DNA of 8,797 nucleotides from a virus (Duplodnaviria; Heunggongvirae; Uroviricota; Caudoviricetes): IMG/VR virus record IMGVR_UViG_2740892212_000011; one strand, 5' to 3'. Shown piece by piece: positions 6,779 to 8,797 of this stretch (position 1 is its first letter; each line of letters starts with the position of its first letter). The notes under the pieces were generated by a model. It saw only the letters and a program-made list of their open reading frames with translations, ran no database searches and was not told where the DNA came from. The position numbers and the translations under genes were made by a program.

Positions 6779-6933
6779 CGGTAAAACTGCGCCTGGCTGT
6801 GGCTGCACTCCTGCTGTTTCTGGTGGTGATGGTGGATTTCACCAGCAGAATCATGTCGGTGCTGGCGGATGGGGGGCTGGTCTGCGGCATTGTGGTATTG
6901 CTGTGGCCGATGATGAAAAAACAGAATGAATAA
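6775..6933 (+). CDS. Small two-helix membrane peptide (52 aa), translationally coupled to the TerB-like gene
   Basis: GTG 6775 overlaps the TerB stop (GTGA) and is the first start codon in this frame; product VTVKLRLAVAALLLFLVVMVDFTSRIMSVLADGGLVCGIVVLLWPMMKKQNE has two hydrophobic segments. Could still be a chance ORF in GC-rich DNA. Confidence 0.4.
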   Translation: MTVKLRLAVAALLLFLVVMVDFTSRIMSVLADGGLVCGIVVLLWPMMKKQNE

Positions 6934-7155
6934 TTCTTGACTTTTTTGTTTACTGTTTATTAAAAACACTTCTGCATGGTGAATCCCCCTGTGCGGAGGG
7001 GCGACTGGTGTAGGTAGCATTTATTATGTTATAGGCAAGCCGACGCGGGTTCAGTGACACCGGCTGAATTCACCGGGAGGCACCCGGCACCATGCTTTGC
7101 CACAAAAGTGTTATTTCTGTTTTTCTCAAACTATCATCGTTATCCCTTTATTTCC

Positions 7156-7182
7156 GGCTGCGCATGGCGCGGCCTTTTTTTT
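7156..7182 (+). terminator. Strong rho-independent terminator in the intergenic region
   Basis: 8-bp GC-rich stem GGCTGCGC (7156-7163) / GCGCGGCC (7167-7174) with one G:U pair, then eight T (7175-7182). Confidence 0.7.
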
Positions 7183-7354
7183 ACGACCAGCCACTGGCAG
7201 ATGTTCATCCTGCGATTTGATTCCGGCTTTTTAACTCTGTTCCTGTACACGGGAGAAATTCGATGTCGATTAATCGTTATGATATTGGTTACACGAAGTA
7301 CCACGTATGGTGTTGAGATAAAAAGCCTGGTGCCAGAGGTAAATGCAGCAGCAT

Positions 7355-7406
7355 AATAAAAAAAGAGCCAGCGCAGAAGAGAACGGGTAAAAGAGTCTGC
7401 GCTGGC
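7355..7406 (-). terminator. Rho-independent terminator for a minus-strand transcript
   Basis: Perfect 11-bp stem GCCAGCGCAGA (7367-7377) / TCTGCGCTGGC (7396-7406); on the minus strand it is followed by UCUUUUUUU (complement of the A7 run 7358-7364). Confidence 0.6.
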
Positions 7407-7456
7407 GTGGGGATATTCCCCGTGGAGAAATGATATGTAACACATATCGGGAACCT

Positions 7457-7485
7457 TTCTATATAAACATTATCATTATTGTCAA
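7457..7485 (-). promoter_or_regulatory. Candidate minus-strand promoter
   Basis: Consensus TTGACA on the minus strand (complement of 7480-7485) followed at 16 bp by TATAGA; alternative extended -10 TGtTTATAT. Points toward the minus-strand terminator about 90 nt away. Confidence 0.3.
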
Positions 7486-7585
7486 TCATAACAGTCAGGT
7501 ATTATGACGTTTATGCCTCAGGGACATCAGGAATTAACTGGTGGCTTTTTATTGTTGTCAGCTTCCGGATAACGGGAGACGGGGT

Positions 7586-7801
7586 ATGTACCAGATGGAA
7601 AAAATCACAACAGGTGTGTCATACACCACTTCAGCGGTGGGGACGGGATACTGGCTACTGCAGTTGCTGGACAAAGTCTCCCCATCCCAGTGGGTGGCAA
7701 TAGGTGTATTGGGTAGCCTGGTGTTTGGCTTGCTGACGTACCTGACAAACCTTTATTTCAAAATTAAAGAAGACAGGCGTAAGGCTGCGAGAGGAGAGTA
7801 A
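7586..7801 (+). CDS. Phage-21-type class II holin (pinholin) with dual-start motif
   Basis: [71 protein letters not shown] closely resembles S21/EssD as recalled; Met1 (7586) and Met4 (7595) give the dual start; SD GGGAGACGGGG upstream. Confidence 0.9.
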   Translation: MYQMEKITTGVSYTTSAVGTGYWLLQLLDKVSPSQWVAIGVLGSLVFGLLTYLTNLYFKIKEDRRKAARGE

Positions 7802-7805
7802 GACA

Positions 7806-8024
7806 ATGACTAAAAACTATGAACTGATTGTGAAAGGGACCCGCAATTTTGAGAATAAAGTTACGGTAATCTTAACGTTACAGGACAAAGAACGTTTTGC
7901 CGGTGAAATTTTTGATCTGAACATCAACCTTGAGCGACTTGAAGGAGCTGGTTTGGATTATTATGAAGTTACTGCGGTAAAACATGCCAAACAGTTCTTG
8001 AGAGATTTGGCTGAAAAAATATAA
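7806..8024 (+). CDS. Small protein (72 aa) between holin and endolysin, possibly YdfR/DUF1327-like
   Basis: ATG 7806 with strong SD AGGAGAG 7 nt upstream, 4 nt after the holin stop; visibly AT-rich. Family resemblance is tentative. Confidence 0.6.
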   Translation: MTKNYELIVKGTRNFENKVTVILTLQDKERFAGEIFDLNINLERLEGAGLDYYEVTAVKHAKQFLRDLAEKI

Positions 8025-8043
8025 AGCGGCATTACTGCCGCTT
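8024..8043 (-). terminator. Terminator hairpin between convergent genes, functional mainly for the minus-strand gene
   Basis: Stem AAGCGGCA (8024-8031) / TGCCGCTT (8036-8043), loop TTAC; the minus-strand side is followed by UAUAUUUUUU, the plus-strand side has no T-run. Confidence 0.55.
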
Positions 8044-8048
8044 AGAAA

Positions 8049-8345
8049 TTATTCAATGTCTGGTAGCTTATCAAAGATTTCGGATACTCTTATATTTGTC
8101 ATATAAGCAAATTGAGATTCTGCCAGCTCTTTGGGTGATTTTCCCGCTTTTTCTGAGCCAAAAATTGTTTCTAAAGCCAGCATGTTATATTTGAGAACCT
8201 CTTCTCGAGTTTTACCTGATAATTTTGCGGTAACAGCAATATAAAAAGGCAACACTTTATCCAGAAGGTCGTTGTGTTTTGTCAGTTGTGGTAATACCAC
8301 ATCAAGTTGCTTACTGATTGGTTTGAATGGATCTATACCGTTCAT
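8049..8345 (-). CDS. Hypothetical protein (98 aa), oppositely oriented gene inside the lysis cassette
   Basis: ATG at 8345-8343 (minus strand) with SD-like AAGGGAA upstream; own terminator downstream; visibly AT-rich; no transmembrane segment or recognisable motif. Confidence 0.6.
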   Translation of the reverse strand: MNGIDPFKPISKQLDVVLPQLTKHNDLLDKVLPFYIAVTAKLSGKTREEVLKYNMLALETIFGSEKAGKSPKELAESQFAYMTNIRVSEIFDKLPDIE

Positions 8346-8450
8346 AGTTACATTCCCTTATCAGAGGTAATCAGCCATCCCGCCTTTATTACATACGCCA
8401 GTATCCACCACTGACGGGCTGAGTGCTTAACATATCTAGAGATTAGAAAC

Positions 8451-8470
8451 TGATAAATCCTGATAAATAT
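8451..8470 (+). repeat. Tandem 10-bp direct repeat TGATAAATCC / TGATAAATAT just upstream of the endolysin start
   Basis: Two adjacent copies sharing the first 8 bp, ending 2 bp before ATG 8473. Confidence 0.5.
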
Positions 8471-8472
8471 CC

Positions 8473-8730
8473 ATGAATGCTAATATCAAATACGGCCTGT
8501 CAGCAGCCGTTCTGGCGCTGATTGCTGCAGGCGCGTCTGCTCCTCAAATACTCGACCAGTTTCTGGACGAAAAAGAAGGTAACCACACAGCGGCATACTG
8601 CGATGGTTCCGGCATATGGACCATCTGTCGGGGGGCCACGGTGGTGGATGGAAAACCCGTTTTTCCCGGTATGAAACTGTCGAAGGAAAAATGCGACCTG
8701 GTTAACGCCATTGAACGTGATAAGGGGTAA
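8473..8730 (+). pseudogene. SAR-type endolysin (T4-lysozyme-like muramidase), truncated after ~84 codons by IS1
   Basis: N-terminal Gly/Ala-rich signal-anchor segment YGLSAAVLALIAAGASAP, then catalytic region ...EKEGNHTAAYCDGSGIWTICRG...; the frame runs into the IS1 terminus at 8726 and stops at its TAA (8728-8730). Confidence 0.8.
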
Positions 8731-8797
8731 TGACTCCAACTTATTGATAGTGTTTTATGTTCAGATAATGCCCGATGACTTTGTCATGCAGCTCCAC
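8726..8797 (-). mobile_element. IS1 terminus (same end as at 1-65) in inverted orientation; element body lies right of the window
   Basis: 8726-8790 is the exact reverse complement of 1-65 and continues ...GCAGCTCCAC as IS1 does. Confidence 0.88.

Noticed and set aside
6591-7020. Minus-strand and alternative-frame ORFs over the TerB-like gene and small peptide (6591-6890, 6614-6808, 6648-6929, 6769-7020)
   Set aside because: Pro/His/Gln-rich low-complexity translations antisense or off-frame to the TerB repeats; no start-site support.
7054-7703. ORFs of 66-101 aa on both strands in the long intergenic region (7054-7356, 7140-7445, 7289-7489, 7479-7703)
   Set aside because: They read straight through strong intrinsic terminators or into the holin start and lack an SD; the region is better explained as non-coding. 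Only the short SD-preceded ORF at 7263-7316 was kept as a low-weight note.
1-8797. CRISPR array, integrase, or attachment-site core
   Set aside because: No array of regularly spaced direct repeats, no integrase-sized ORF, and no recognisable att core were found; the only long repeats are the IS1 termini.

Overview
The window reads as a degraded lambdoid prophage late region (Qin-like / Stx-phage-like backbone) from an E. coli/Shigella-type genome, bounded at both edges by ends of IS1 copies in inverted orientation. All identifications rest on reading the sequence and recalled family knowledge; no database search was run. Left to right: IS1 end (1-65); the 3' fragment of a periplasmic substrate-binding protein gene cut by that IS1, with its terminator; a Hok-family type I toxin gene with a terminator; a putative promoter; two small proteins (86 aa Rem-like, 92 aa); a DUF968/YdfU-like protein; RusA resolvase; a Q-type antiterminator followed by a pR'-like promoter and tR' terminator; a 65-aa protein with its own terminator; a beta-class DNA methyltransferase with no restriction partner; three tRNA genes (Ile2-CAU, Arg-UCG, Arg-UCU). 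Where Stx phages carry stxAB, this element instead carries a TerB-family gene whose 5' end is frame-broken at an A7 tract, translationally coupled to a 52-codon two-helix membrane peptide. A 650-bp ORF-poor region follows with convergent intrinsic terminators on opposite strands. Then come a dual-start phage-21-type pinholin, a 72-aa protein, an oppositely oriented AT-rich 98-aa gene with its own terminator, and a SAR endolysin cut after about 84 codons by the second IS1. No stx genes, CRISPR array, integrase or recognisable att core were seen. The best candidates for undescribed biology are the TerB + membrane-peptide pair, the convergent AT-rich small-gene pair inside the lysis cassette, and the sRNA-like units in the intergenic region.
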